41,282 nucleotides of DNA from Clostridia bacterium (lineage in GTDB: Bacteria > Bacillota > Clostridia > Christensenellales > CAG-314): positions 1 to 41,282 of the forward strand of contig JAFTHO010000045.1 in NCBI GenBank assembly GCA_017457385.1, written 5' to 3'. The position numbers were made by a program, and so were the translations under genes. Shown piece after piece: positions 28,157-37,830 of the stretch. Below the pieces are notes generated by a model that did not search any database, had not been told where the DNA came from, and was given only the letters and a program-made list of their open reading frames with translations. Position 1 is the first letter of the stretch. Every line of letters starts with the position of its first letter.

Positions 28157-28226
28157 GCAGGGGCGAGCATTGCTCGCCCGCCGTGATGAGTGCGTTGTTA
28201 TGCGGGCGGTCAATGACCGCCCCTGA
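28157..28226. repeat. REP-like inverted doublet (REPIN-like)
   Basis: GCAG-GGGCGAGCA-t-TGCTCGCCCG (28157-28180) and CGGGCGGTCA-a-TGACCGCCC-CTGA (28203-28226). Confidence 0.75.
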
Positions 28227-28488
28227 TGGCTTGATACAAGACTTTTCGCAAGGGAGGCTTTTGTATTGTCTGAAAACATATTCTGGATTTAAAAACTTGT
28301 GCCAGACGCCGTGATTTTGCTTGTGAGTGGCAAAAGGTTTTTGTGGTCGTGTCTTCAAACGGTTTTGCGCCTTTTGCGGTGGCTCAAACAAAAGGGAGTG
28401 GGTGTGATTTTTTGCAAACTGTCGTGTGGATTGCACTTGTTTTGTGTTGCCTGCATATATTTAAACGTAATGCAAAAAGGGGTTGTGC

Positions 28489-29349
28489 ATGAAAGACAAA
28501 ACGCTTGTTATCGTTATGCAGACAGACAAAAACAATTTTGATTTTGTGGGCAAAAAAATCGTTGGGCTGACAAGTGACGAGTGGATAGAGTTTCGGCTCG
28601 GCAAAAATTTTAAAAAGGTTGTGCGAAGTCAAAGGTGGGGTGATGACAAAAACTGTGTATACGTGTGCTGGGATGACACTCTGGCAGACATCCACTCGCT
28701 AAAACAAGGGTGTTGCAAAACAAAACTGTGTATGGCAACTTTTGCCTATATTCAAAAAACTCTGCAAAGTTTTGTGCTTGACAACCTTGTGGCAAAAGGC
28801 GTCACTCTGCACGACAGACGGGGGCTTTATATCGACCAGAGGGCAGAGGTGCAAAGCGGTGTGGAAATTTTTGCGCCAAACGTTATTTGTGGTGGTGTAG
28901 TGCTAAAAAAAGATACCGTTGTTTATCCGTATTGTTTTTTGCACGGGTGCGTTGTGGGGCAAAACTGCTCGATAGGGCCTTTTGCAACCATACGGCCAGG
29001 CTCTGTTGTTGACGACAATTGCAGGGTTGGCAATTTTGTAGAGATAAAAAACAGCAGACTTGAAAGTGGCGTAAAGGTGGCTCATCTGTCATACGTGGGT
29101 GATGCAAAGGTGGGGCAAAACACAAACGTGGGTTGTGGGGTTGTGTTTGCCAACTACGACGGCAAAACAAAGCATTTCACCCAAGTGGGCAAAGATTGTT
29201 TTTTGGGGTGCAACGCCAATCTGGTGGCTCCACTTTCGATAGGCGACGGATGTTTTGTTGCGGCAGGCACAACTGTCACACGCAATCTTGACAAAAACAC
29301 TTTTGCCATTGGCAGGGCAAAACAAACAACAAAAAACAGGAGTGATTGA
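28489..29349 (+). CDS. glmU: GlmU-like protein, acetyltransferase (hexapeptide) domain only
   Basis: GPFATIRP, GNFVEIKNS, HLSYVGDA and NYDG are present. There is no LAAGxGTRM pyrophosphorylase motif, and only ~90 diverged residues precede the linker helix. Confidence 0.75.
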   Translation: MKDKTLVIVMQTDKNNFDFVGKKIVGLTSDEWIEFRLGKNFKKVVRSQRWGDDKNCVYVCWDDTLADIHSLKQGCCKTKLCMATFAYIQKTLQSFVLDNLVAKGVTLHDRRGLYIDQRAEVQSGVEIFAPNVICGGVVLKKDTVVYPYCFLHGCVVGQNCSIGPFATIRPGSVVDDNCRVGNFVEIKNSRLESGVKVAHLSYVGDAKVGQNTNVGCGVVFANYDGKTKHFTQVGKDCFLGCNANLVAPLSIGDGCFVAAGTTVTRNLDKNTFAIGRAKQTTKNRSD

Positions 29350-29351
29350 TT

Positions 29352-30644
29352 TTGGCTTTATATTTTGGAACAGACGGCATACGTGGTGTTGCAAACGTGC
29401 AGATCACGCCAGACCTTGCAACAAGGTGTGGCAATGCAATATCGCAGATGGGTGGCAAAAAAGTTTTGATAGGTCGTGACACAAGGGTGTCCGGCAACAT
29501 GCTTGTGTGCTGTGTTGCAGGTGGTCTCACGTCAGGCGGATGCGACGTGATTGACGTGGGTGTGTTGCCAACTCCTGCCGTGGCATATCTCACAAAAAAA
29601 TACGGTTGCGATTTTGGTGTGGTTGTGAGTGCATCGCACAATCCGCCCGAATACAACGGCATAAAAATTTTTGACAAAGACGGGTTTAAACTGTGTGACA
29701 AAAAAGAACAAAAGGTCGAGGAGTTTATGGCGAGCATGCACCTTGTGGAAAACTCAAAAATGGGCAGATATATCCACAAAGACGACATGGCAGACTATAT
29801 ATCTTTTTTGTGTGACTGCACGAATGCAAGGTTGTGTGGGTTAAAAGTTGCAATAGATTCAAGCAACGGTGCAACGGGCAAAAGTGCAAAAGCCGTGTTC
29901 GAAAAACTCGGTGCAAGGACGTTTGCTTTTTTCAACAAAGACAGCGGTGTGGATATCAACTGCGGTTGCGGTGCAACAAACCCTCAACAACTGTCGCAAA
30001 AGGTTGTGTCACTTGGTTGCAACGTTGGTTTTTGTTTTGACGGCGACGGCGACAGAGTGATTGCCGTTGACGAAAAAGGCTGTGTGGCAGACGGCGACAA
30101 ACTGTTGTATATTCTTGCAAAAAGCAGGCTTGAAGGCGGATGTGATCAAAAGGTGGTTGTTGGCACGCACCACACAAACCTAGGGATAGAGCATGCGTTA
30201 AACAGACTTGGCATATCACTCATCCGCAGTGACGTGGGTGACAAATACGTTGGCAGTATAATGAAGGCAAAAAATCTGTCGCTTGGTGGCGAACAGTCGG
30301 GACATATTGTGCTTGGCGATTTTTTGCCAACGGGTGACGGCACTCTGGTGGCTTTGCAGATAGCAAAACTTGTGCAAAAAACTCCTTTGTCAACTCTTGC
30401 CCGTGTGGATACCTTTTGTCAGGCAAACCTTGACGTTGTGGTCAAAGACAAAATGCAGGTTATCAACAATCAGGTGTTGTGGCAGGCGATAAAAGACGAA
30501 CAGCAGACTTTTGACGGACGCATTTTTGTTCGTGCAAGTGGCACAGAACCAAAGGTACGTGTGCTTGCAGAGTGCAAAAACAAAAGTATGGCAAAAAAGG
30601 TGGCAAACCGCATTGCAGGAGTGATAAAAAGTATAGAGGGCTGA
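29352..30644 (+). CDS. glmM: Phosphoglucosamine mutase
   Basis: YFGTDGIRG, SASHNP, FDGDGDR, GGEQSGH and RASGTEP. Likely TTG start after AGGAG. Confidence 0.93.
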   Translation: MALYFGTDGIRGVANVQITPDLATRCGNAISQMGGKKVLIGRDTRVSGNMLVCCVAGGLTSGGCDVIDVGVLPTPAVAYLTKKYGCDFGVVVSASHNPPEYNGIKIFDKDGFKLCDKKEQKVEEFMASMHLVENSKMGRYIHKDDMADYISFLCDCTNARLCGLKVAIDSSNGATGKSAKAVFEKLGARTFAFFNKDSGVDINCGCGATNPQQLSQKVVSLGCNVGFCFDGDGDRVIAVDEKGCVADGDKLLYILAKSRLEGGCDQKVVVGTHHTNLGIEHALNRLGISLIRSDVGDKYVGSIMKAKNLSLGGEQSGHIVLGDFLPTGDGTLVALQIAKLVQKTPLSTLARVDTFCQANLDVVVKDKMQVINNQVLWQAIKDEQQTFDGRIFVRASGTEPKVRVLAECKNKSMAKKVANRIAGVIKSIEG

Positions 30645-30645
30645 T

Positions 30646-32430
30646 ATGTGTGGAATAACGGGATACATCGGCAAAAGAAAGGCATGTCAGGTTGTTCTGG
30701 ACGGGTTGTGCATGCTTGAATATCGAGGATACGACTCCGCCGGCATTGGGTTGTTTGACGAAAAGGGCAAAATGCAGGTTGCAAAAAAGGCAGGTTTTGT
30801 CAGTGGGTTAAAAAAACTGGCATATGACAGGCAGGGTTGTTGTGCAGTTGGTCACACAAGATGGGCAACGCACGGACTGCCAAACACGGCAAATGCTCAT
30901 CCGCACAAATGTGGCAGGTTTTGTCTTGTGCACAACGGCATTGCCGAAAACTTTGCAGGACTAAAAAGTGATTTGCAAAAAAAAGGCAAAAAGTTTTTGT
31001 CACAAACAGACAGCGAAGTGATTTGTGCTTTGCTTGACGATCTTTATGACGGCGACGTGCTTGACACAATGGGCAGGGTGGCAAAAATGATAAAAGGGTC
31101 GTTTGCCATTGCTTTTTTGTGCAACGACTTTAAAGACAAAATTTTTGTCATCAAAAAAAATTCGCCTTTGGCAATAGGGCTTGGCAAAGACGAAAGTTTT
31201 GTGGCAAGCGATCCTGTGGCGTTTGCAAAATATACAGACAAAACCGTGTACCTCAAAGACAACGAAATGGGGATTGTGGACAAAAACGGACTGCAACTTT
31301 TTGATTTTTGCAAAAACAAAAAGACGGTGCATATACAAAATACAAATTTGTTTTGTGACGGCGATGGGCAAAAGGTCAAAAGTTTTACCAAAAAAGAGAT
31401 TTTCGAAATCCCCCGTGCACTAAGGCACACTGCAAATGATTTTTTTGCAGATGACAAGATAATTTCAAAGACTATTGACATTTTTTCAAAAAATGATAAA
31501 GTGATATTGACAGGATGTGGCACTGCATACAATGCATGTCTTGTTGGCAAATACACGTGGGAAAAAGTTTTGCGTCTGCCCGTGCAGACAGAACTTGCAA
31601 GTGAGTTTAGATATCAAAACCCCATTGTAGACAAAAACACGGTGGTTGTTGCAGTGAGCCAGAGTGGCGAGACGGCAGACACTTTGCAGGCAACAAAACT
31701 TGCAAAAAGCCGTGGGGCAAAAGTTGTGGCAATCACAAACGTATCTCACTCGTCCATCACAAAAAATGCAGATCTGGTGTTGCACACAAAGGCAGGGCAG
31801 GAGGTTGCCGTTGCCGCAACAAAAAGTTACGTCACGCAGATACTTTTGTTTTTGTGCGTTGCATCCGTTTTGTGCAAACAAAGCAAGGCGGTAAAAGAAA
31901 TTAAAAAGCAGATAGACGATTTGCCATATCTTGCATCAAAGGCACTTTTGCTTGACGACAAAATATCAAAACTGGCAAAAGAGCATTGCAAAAAACAAGG
32001 TGTGTTTTTTGTGGGTCGTGGTCTTGACTATCCGCTTGCGACAGAGGGGTCGCTAAAACTAAAAGAAGTGACCTATATGCACAGTCAGGGGTTTGCCGCA
32101 GGCGAACTAAAACACGGCAGTCTTGCACTTGTGGACAAAAACGTGCTTGTGGTTGGCATTGTCACACAAAAAAAGGTGGCGGACAAAACTTTTAATGCAT
32201 TGCACGAGGTGTCTTCTCGTGGTGGAAAGGTGCTTGTCGTCACACAGTTTGAAAAAATGGCAAAAGAGTTTGGTGCAGACGGATTGTTGTGTCTTCCTGG
32301 CGCAACCGATCTGCTCATGCCAATGATAGCAGTCATTCCGTTGCAACTTTTTGCATATCACGTGAGCGTGGCAAGGGGCATCAACCCAGACAAACCACGC
32401 AACCTTGCAAAAAGCGTGACGGTAGAATAA
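30646..32430 (+). CDS. glmS: Glutamine--fructose-6-phosphate transaminase
   Basis: MCGI, LEYRGYDSAG, HTRWATHG and PRNLAKSVTVE. Confidence 0.96.
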   Translation: MCGITGYIGKRKACQVVLDGLCMLEYRGYDSAGIGLFDEKGKMQVAKKAGFVSGLKKLAYDRQGCCAVGHTRWATHGLPNTANAHPHKCGRFCLVHNGIAENFAGLKSDLQKKGKKFLSQTDSEVICALLDDLYDGDVLDTMGRVAKMIKGSFAIAFLCNDFKDKIFVIKKNSPLAIGLGKDESFVASDPVAFAKYTDKTVYLKDNEMGIVDKNGLQLFDFCKNKKTVHIQNTNLFCDGDGQKVKSFTKKEIFEIPRALRHTANDFFADDKIISKTIDIFSKNDKVILTGCGTAYNACLVGKYTWEKVLRLPVQTELASEFRYQNPIVDKNTVVVAVSQSGETADTLQATKLAKSRGAKVVAITNVSHSSITKNADLVLHTKAGQEVAVAATKSYVTQILLFLCVASVLCKQSKAVKEIKKQIDDLPYLASKALLLDDKISKLAKEHCKKQGVFFVGRGLDYPLATEGSLKLKEVTYMHSQGFAAGELKHGSLALVDKNVLVVGIVTQKKVADKTFNALHEVSSRGGKVLVVTQFEKMAKEFGADGLLCLPGATDLLMPMIAVIPLQLFAYHVSVARGINPDKPRNLAKSVTVE

Positions 32431-32446
32431 ATTTTAGGAGCATATT

Positions 32447-33316
32447 ATGAAAAAGGTCAGCAAAGCGGTCATTTTGGCTGCCGGCAGAGGAACAAGATTT
32501 TTGCCTTATACAAAAGCATGCCCAAAAGAGATGTTGCCCGTTGTGGACACTCCTTCTTTGCAACTTATCCTGCAGGAAGTGATAGATGCAGGCATAAAAG
32601 ACGTATTGTTTATCATCAGCCCTGACAAAAAAATGATAGTAAAACATTTTTCTGTCGACAAAGAGTTTGAAGACTTTTTGATATTCAACGGCAAACATCA
32701 GGATGCAAAAGCAATACACGATATTGGCAAAATGGCAAATGTAAAATTTGCATATCAGTTTGTTGCAAACGGCAGTGGCAATGCAGTTTTGCTTGCGCAG
32801 GAATTTTTGGCAGGCGAGCCTGGTGCAATTCTCAATGGCGACGACCTTGTATACGGCGACGTCAGCGTGACAAAACAACTTGCCGACGTATACGAAAAAT
32901 ATCAAAAAACTGTCATTGGCGTGCAAAAGGTGCAGGCAAAAGCAATCAGCAAATACGGCTCTGTCGACATTGCCGAAAGAAAGGACGACAAAACCTTTTT
33001 TATCAATCGCATTGTAGAAAAACCACCTGTGACAGAGGCTCCAAGCCTTTATGCCGCACTTGGCAGATATATCATTTCGCCAGATTTTTTCGATTATCTC
33101 AAAAAGACCCCTGTGTCAAAAAACGGCGAGTTGCAGTTTACAGACGCACTCAATTTGCAGGCTATGCAAAAGGGCATTTGTGCATACAATTTTGACGGCA
33201 CACGCTATGACCTTGGCGACAAACTCGGTTATCTTAAAGCCACGGTAGAATATGGCCTGCGTGACAAACAACTCGGTGCAGATTTTGCACAATATTTAAA
33301 AAATCTGGATATCTGA
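32447..33316 (+). CDS. galU: UTP--glucose-1-phosphate uridylyltransferase
   Basis: KAVILAAGRGTRFLP.TKA.PKEMLP, VEKP and GELQFTDA. Confidence 0.92.
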   Translation: MKKVSKAVILAAGRGTRFLPYTKACPKEMLPVVDTPSLQLILQEVIDAGIKDVLFIISPDKKMIVKHFSVDKEFEDFLIFNGKHQDAKAIHDIGKMANVKFAYQFVANGSGNAVLLAQEFLAGEPGAILNGDDLVYGDVSVTKQLADVYEKYQKTVIGVQKVQAKAISKYGSVDIAERKDDKTFFINRIVEKPPVTEAPSLYAALGRYIISPDFFDYLKKTPVSKNGELQFTDALNLQAMQKGICAYNFDGTRYDLGDKLGYLKATVEYGLRDKQLGADFAQYLKNLDI

Positions 33317-33327
33317 CACAACACACA

Positions 33328-33358
33328 AAAAAAAGACGGACGTTGTCCGTCTTTTTTT
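33328..33358 (+). terminator. Intrinsic terminator
   Basis: AAAAAAGACGGAC-gtt-GTCCGTCTTTTTT. Confidence 0.8.
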
Positions 33359-33495
33359 ATGCTCTTTTGCAAAAAAATGGCACAAAAAAGGCCAAAAGGC
33401 ATTTTTGTGATTTACAATATGCCTGCGAAACTGACAAAACAAAACTGCCAAAAAAAACGAAACTTCACAAAAAATATCAAAAAAAGGAGCAGAAA

Positions 33496-36400
33496 ATGTC
33501 TTTAAAAAACATCATAGCCCATCTTGACAAAAACGGCTTTCTTGTCGTTACAAAACTGCCTTGCATAAGCCATGGCGAAAACGTGTCGGTGGGCATAAAC
33601 GTTTCGGCAGAACAAAATTTTTTGTCACAAATGCCGGATGGCACAAACTTTTATTTTGAGTTTAAAAGTGCCGATGGACAAAAGCAGGTGTGTGGCCCTG
33701 TTTTGCCACAAAACAACGAGCTTGCCTGCGCAGTTACAAACTCGGTGCTGTGTTGCCCGGGCGAGGCACAGGTGCAGATTGTTGCCACCGACAAAAACTC
33801 AGACTATATCTTTAAGTCGTCTGTTGCCAGCTTTTTTGTATCTCAAAGCATAAATGCAACGGACAAAGATTTTGTGCGTGACGATTTGCTTGCCAACATA
33901 AACAAACTTTTGGATGAGATGTACAAAACAAATCAAAACACGGCACAAACGGGCGAGCAGTTGCAAAGCCTTGTGGACGATGTAAATCAAAAACTCAGCG
34001 ACGGCGAGTTTGTTGGAGAAAAGGGCGAAAAAGGTGACAAGGGCGACGTGCCTTTGTTTCAACTTGAGGATGGTCATCTTTATACACGTGACAACTATGG
34101 CGAGCCAAAAAAACTCATTGGTCGTGCACAGGGCGCAGGCGTGTTTACCACAACGTCGCCAAGTTCTGTTTTTACAAGGGTGCCACGAGACACCCTTTAT
34201 CCAGTGTATGTAACTCCGCTTGACGGCGACTGCCTTATTTTTCCTGACGGCTCGTTGCACGTGATAAACGACGTTGGCAGTAGTGACACAATTGGTTGCA
34301 GGGCAGAGGCCTTTTCAATCAAGGGTGCAAAAGGTGACGATGGCAAAGACGGTGTGAGCATCACCGACGTAAGACAACGCACCATCACTGACAATGGCGA
34401 AGAGGTGCATCTTATCACCTTTTATTTTTCTGACAACACAACACGCACCGTCAACGTAAAAAACGGCGAAAACGGCAAGGACGGTATGGCTGGCGGGGCA
34501 AACGGTCTTGTCGTGCAAAACCAAAACGACGACAACGTGTTGCATCTCACCCAGGACGGACAAATTTTGGGCGAGGGCATTGTTTTGCCACAGGGTGGTG
34601 GAGCAGGCAGTACAAACTATCTTGTCAACAGCAACTTTGCAATCAATCAAAGGGGACAAAGTGTATACGATCAGGTGGGACAAGGTCGCATTTACACCGT
34701 GGACAGATGGGCAAAAAACAATGCGTCGGGCAACGTTGTCGTCAAGCCGGTGACAAATGGTGTGCATATTGACGGCATGGTTACACAAAACGGCGAACTG
34801 TTTGTGCAACCTGTCGAGCCATCCTGCGTGTCAGGCAAAAAAGTCACTTTGTCGGCAAAGGCAACAAAAGCAAAAGGGCCGTGCAGACTTGGCATTGTTG
34901 CACAGGGCAGTGGACAAAGTGGCACGCCAGTACCAAACGACGGCACTGTTGTGGACAGAATATATTTCAACACTTCATTGCCGGCAGAAGAGGTCATTGC
35001 GGTTTTTGACAGCCTTTCAGACTGGTTTGTAGCCGAAGGGGACGAGAGCGAAGTTGTGCCAATTTATTATCTTGCAATCAATGCAGAGTTTTCTGCAGCT
35101 ATTGTAATTGGCAAAATGCAGGAGGGCTATTCGGTCATGGCAATGAAAGTGCAAGGAGAAAATGAAAACACGACAGAAGTATTTTCTTCGCAGGCAGGCT
35201 GGACTGGCGTAGAATATTTTGATTTTGGTTTTGCGTCTGTTGACGGTGTTGCTCTTGGTGCACCTTTTGTGGCTGGCAGCGAAAACGACAAACTTGCAAA
35301 CGTTATTTCTGCAACGCAAACTTTTGGCTCGGGTGCTGGCAGGACAGAAAAATTTGTCAGCCTGAAACAAGGCGAAAACAGCATCACAGCAGATATTCCT
35401 GACGGGGCAACCTCTGTGGTGTGCGGTGTTTTTGGCAACACCTCTGGTGCAGTTGGCACACCTTTGCCAACAAACGGTCTGCCGGTAGAAAATATTTATT
35501 TCAACCTTAATGCGTCTTTGCAACAGGTTGCACAGAGGTTGTTGCAAATTGCGCCACAGCCTGGCAACGTCAGTTATCTTTTTGCAGACACAAGCGACAC
35601 AATTCGTCTTTGTGTTGTCAATCAGGATGGCGATGCATTGCTTAAAGACGAAAAAAGTGGCACGGTATATTTCAGTTCGCAAAGCGGATGGAGCACGGAT
35701 TTTTCGGGTATTATACCCGTTGGTCTTGGTGGCGTGTCTTTTATAAACGTGGATGGCCTTTCTGTACCGGTTGGTCTGTTTAACGGTGACGTCACCGCTT
35801 TTGTATCTGCCACAAAGTTTTTTGACGGATATGGCAAAGTGGGCGTGCCTGTGGATGGATCGCAACAAAATATCATATATTTTGATCCGACAGTTTCGAT
35901 TGAGGATACGGTAAAAGTTATAAAAAATGCAAATCTGCCATGGGTTGACATGGGAGATGGCGAGACTTTTCGTTATTACGTTGCCGCCGCACCAGAGTCA
36001 AACGGCGAGCAAATGTCCGTTACAATAGTCAAAAACTCAAATGGCTATGCAATTTTGCTCTGGGGCTATATTGACGTGTTTGTATCATGTGACAATTTTA
36101 ACGACACCTATCCTATGTCTGGTGTTGCAGGATGGCAACAAGAAAGGCTGTCTTTGTGGGGTCTTGATAATGCAATGCCATGGCAAAGTGTCACAAACGC
36201 AATCGAGGGTGCAGGCACACACAACGATATGCTTGCTCAAATCATTTACGTCATGGGCAAAACAGATTTGTCGATTGGTCTTGAGTGGGCAAAGCTGGAG
36301 GTTGGCAAAAAGGCGACGGAATATCTTGCGCCACAACCGGCAGGCGAAATGGTTGCATGCCAGAGATATTATCAAAAATTCAGTTGCGACAATCTTGTGG

Positions 36401-36645
36401 GATACGCAAAAGACAATTCTACGCTGAGCCTTGCTTTGCCATTGCCAAACGTGATAAATCAAAATGCAGTGCTTGTTTGTGACGACAATGCACAGATTTT
36501 TGGTGTAAGTGGCAATGCAACGCCAACGCTTGCAAAAATGGACGACAACGTGGTGCAACTTTCTTTTGCAACACAAAACCTTGCGCAAGGCAACGTATAC
36601 GCCGTACAAAACTGTCACGGTGCGCTGGATGCCGAAATTTATTGA
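33496..36645 (+). CDS. Large mosaic protein with phage baseplate/tail-fibre-like segments and short collagen-like GXY runs
   Basis: AAGGAG SD. BppU-like N-terminus; GEKGEKGDKGD; NYLVNSNFAINQRG..YTVDRW; KLEVG..AT..EMVACQRYY; three internal repeats. Confidence 0.7.
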   Translation: MSLKNIIAHLDKNGFLVVTKLPCISHGENVSVGINVSAEQNFLSQMPDGTNFYFEFKSADGQKQVCGPVLPQNNELACAVTNSVLCCPGEAQVQIVATDKNSDYIFKSSVASFFVSQSINATDKDFVRDDLLANINKLLDEMYKTNQNTAQTGEQLQSLVDDVNQKLSDGEFVGEKGEKGDKGDVPLFQLEDGHLYTRDNYGEPKKLIGRAQGAGVFTTTSPSSVFTRVPRDTLYPVYVTPLDGDCLIFPDGSLHVINDVGSSDTIGCRAEAFSIKGAKGDDGKDGVSITDVRQRTITDNGEEVHLITFYFSDNTTRTVNVKNGENGKDGMAGGANGLVVQNQNDDNVLHLTQDGQILGEGIVLPQGGGAGSTNYLVNSNFAINQRGQSVYDQVGQGRIYTVDRWAKNNASGNVVVKPVTNGVHIDGMVTQNGELFVQPVEPSCVSGKKVTLSAKATKAKGPCRLGIVAQGSGQSGTPVPNDGTVVDRIYFNTSLPAEEVIAVFDSLSDWFVAEGDESEVVPIYYLAINAEFSAAIVIGKMQEGYSVMAMKVQGENENTTEVFSSQAGWTGVEYFDFGFASVDGVALGAPFVAGSENDKLANVISATQTFGSGAGRTEKFVSLKQGENSITADIPDGATSVVCGVFGNTSGAVGTPLPTNGLPVENIYFNLNASLQQVAQRLLQIAPQPGNVSYLFADTSDTIRLCVVNQDGDALLKDEKSGTVYFSSQSGWSTDFSGIIPVGLGGVSFINVDGLSVPVGLFNGDVTAFVSATKFFDGYGKVGVPVDGSQQNIIYFDPTVSIEDTVKVIKNANLPWVDMGDGETFRYYVAAAPESNGEQMSVTIVKNSNGYAILLWGYIDVFVSCDNFNDTYPMSGVAGWQQERLSLWGLDNAMPWQSVTNAIEGAGTHNDMLAQIIYVMGKTDLSIGLEWAKLEVGKKATEYLAPQPAGEMVACQRYYQKFSCDNLVGYAKDNSTLSLALPLPNVINQNAVLVCDDNAQIFGVSGNATPTLAKMDDNVVQLSFATQNLAQGNVYAVQNCHGALDAEIY

Positions 36646-36691
36646 CAACTTTTGCAGGTGAGCAAACTTTTTTAAAAATTTTTTTGGTGTT

Positions 36692-36721
36692 TAAAGGAGT
36701 GGTTTTGCCACTCCTTTTTTT
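36692..36721 (+). terminator. Intrinsic terminator
   Basis: AAAGGAGTGG-tttg-CCACTCCTTTTTT-like hairpin. Confidence 0.75.
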
Positions 36722-36763
36722 GCATTGACTAAAATTTGTTGTGGATATATAATTTATACCGTT

Positions 36764-37660
36764 ATGGAAAAATCTAAAAAATACGGTCTGCTTGCAAAAA
36801 TTGCATTGCTCACGGCAACACTAATCTGGGGCAGCACTTTTGTTATACTAAAAAACGCACTCGACGCTGTGCCAACATATTTTATTTTGTCTTTCAGGTT
36901 TTTGACGGCAACTTTGTTGCTTTCTGCCATATTTTACAAAAAGTGGCGTCTGGTCAACAAAACATATCTGTGGCAGGGTTGCCTGATTGGCGTGTGTCTT
37001 GCACTTGCATATATCTTTCAGACGGTGGGTCTTGCAAACACAACGCCTGGCAAAAATGCCTTTCTCACGGCTACATACTGCGTGCTTGTGCCTTTTATGA
37101 TGTGGATGATATATGGCAAAAAGCCAGACAAATTCAACGTGATTGCAGCATTTACCTGCATTGTGGGCATTGGCCTTGTGTCGCTTGACGGACAGTTTGT
37201 CATTCAGTTTGGCGACTGGATGACGCTCGTTTGCGGTATATTTTTTGGTTTGCAAATTGTGTTTATATCTGTGTTCAACAAAGACAAAGATGCCATTTTG
37301 ATGACTATCATACAGTTTTTTACGGCAGGCATAATCACAGGCATTTTGTCACTTTGCTTCGAGACAATGCCACAAAGCATACCAACAGATGCGTGGATAG
37401 AGGTGATATATCTCACTTTGTTTGGAACAACTGTTGCAATGCTGTTGCAAAACCTCAGTCAAAAACACATGTTGCCATCTGCGGCGGCAATCATACTCAC
37501 GCTTGAGGCGGTGTTTGGCACGGTGTTCAGCGTGTTGTTTTATGGCGAGGTGCTCACGCTAAAACTGGTTGCAGGTTTTGTGGTCATCTTTTTTGCAGTG
37601 CTCACGTCAGAAACAAAGCTTGAGTTTTTGCGAAAAAAACGTATGCCAAAAGACAAATAG
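36764..37660 (+). CDS. DMT/EamA family transporter
   Basis: LIWGSTF, FQTVGL..TTPGKNAFLT and LEAVFG motifs; about ten TM helices. Confidence 0.9.
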   Translation: MEKSKKYGLLAKIALLTATLIWGSTFVILKNALDAVPTYFILSFRFLTATLLLSAIFYKKWRLVNKTYLWQGCLIGVCLALAYIFQTVGLANTTPGKNAFLTATYCVLVPFMMWMIYGKKPDKFNVIAAFTCIVGIGLVSLDGQFVIQFGDWMTLVCGIFFGLQIVFISVFNKDKDAILMTIIQFFTAGIITGILSLCFETMPQSIPTDAWIEVIYLTLFGTTVAMLLQNLSQKHMLPSAAAIILTLEAVFGTVFSVLFYGEVLTLKLVAGFVVIFFAVLTSETKLEFLRKKRMPKDK

Positions 37661-37773
37661 TTTAGTCACCTTTTTAAAGCCGGGCTTTTGCCTGGCTTTT
37701 TTTATATAAAAACACAAAAACGTCTTGCTAAATTGACAAGTCAAAAAAATTTTAAAAATTTTTTAAAAATGTG

Positions 37774-37802
37774 TTGACAAATCAAACAAAAGCCTGTATT
37801 AT
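37774..37802 (+). promoter_or_regulatory. Sigma-A promoter
   Basis: TTGACA-17 bp-TATTAT. Confidence 0.8.
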
Positions 37803-37803
37803 T

Positions 37804-37830
37804 TTAGCAATCTATCAACAAGAGTGCTAA
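37804..37830 (+). promoter_or_regulatory. CIRCE element (HrcA operator)
   Basis: TTAGCAATC-N9-GAGTGCTAA, one mismatch to TTAGCACTC-N9-GAGTGCTAA, immediately after the -10. Confidence 0.88.

Noticed and set aside
33496-36645. Prophage
   Set aside because: Single phage-like gene with no integrase, capsid, terminase or att-like repeats nearby.
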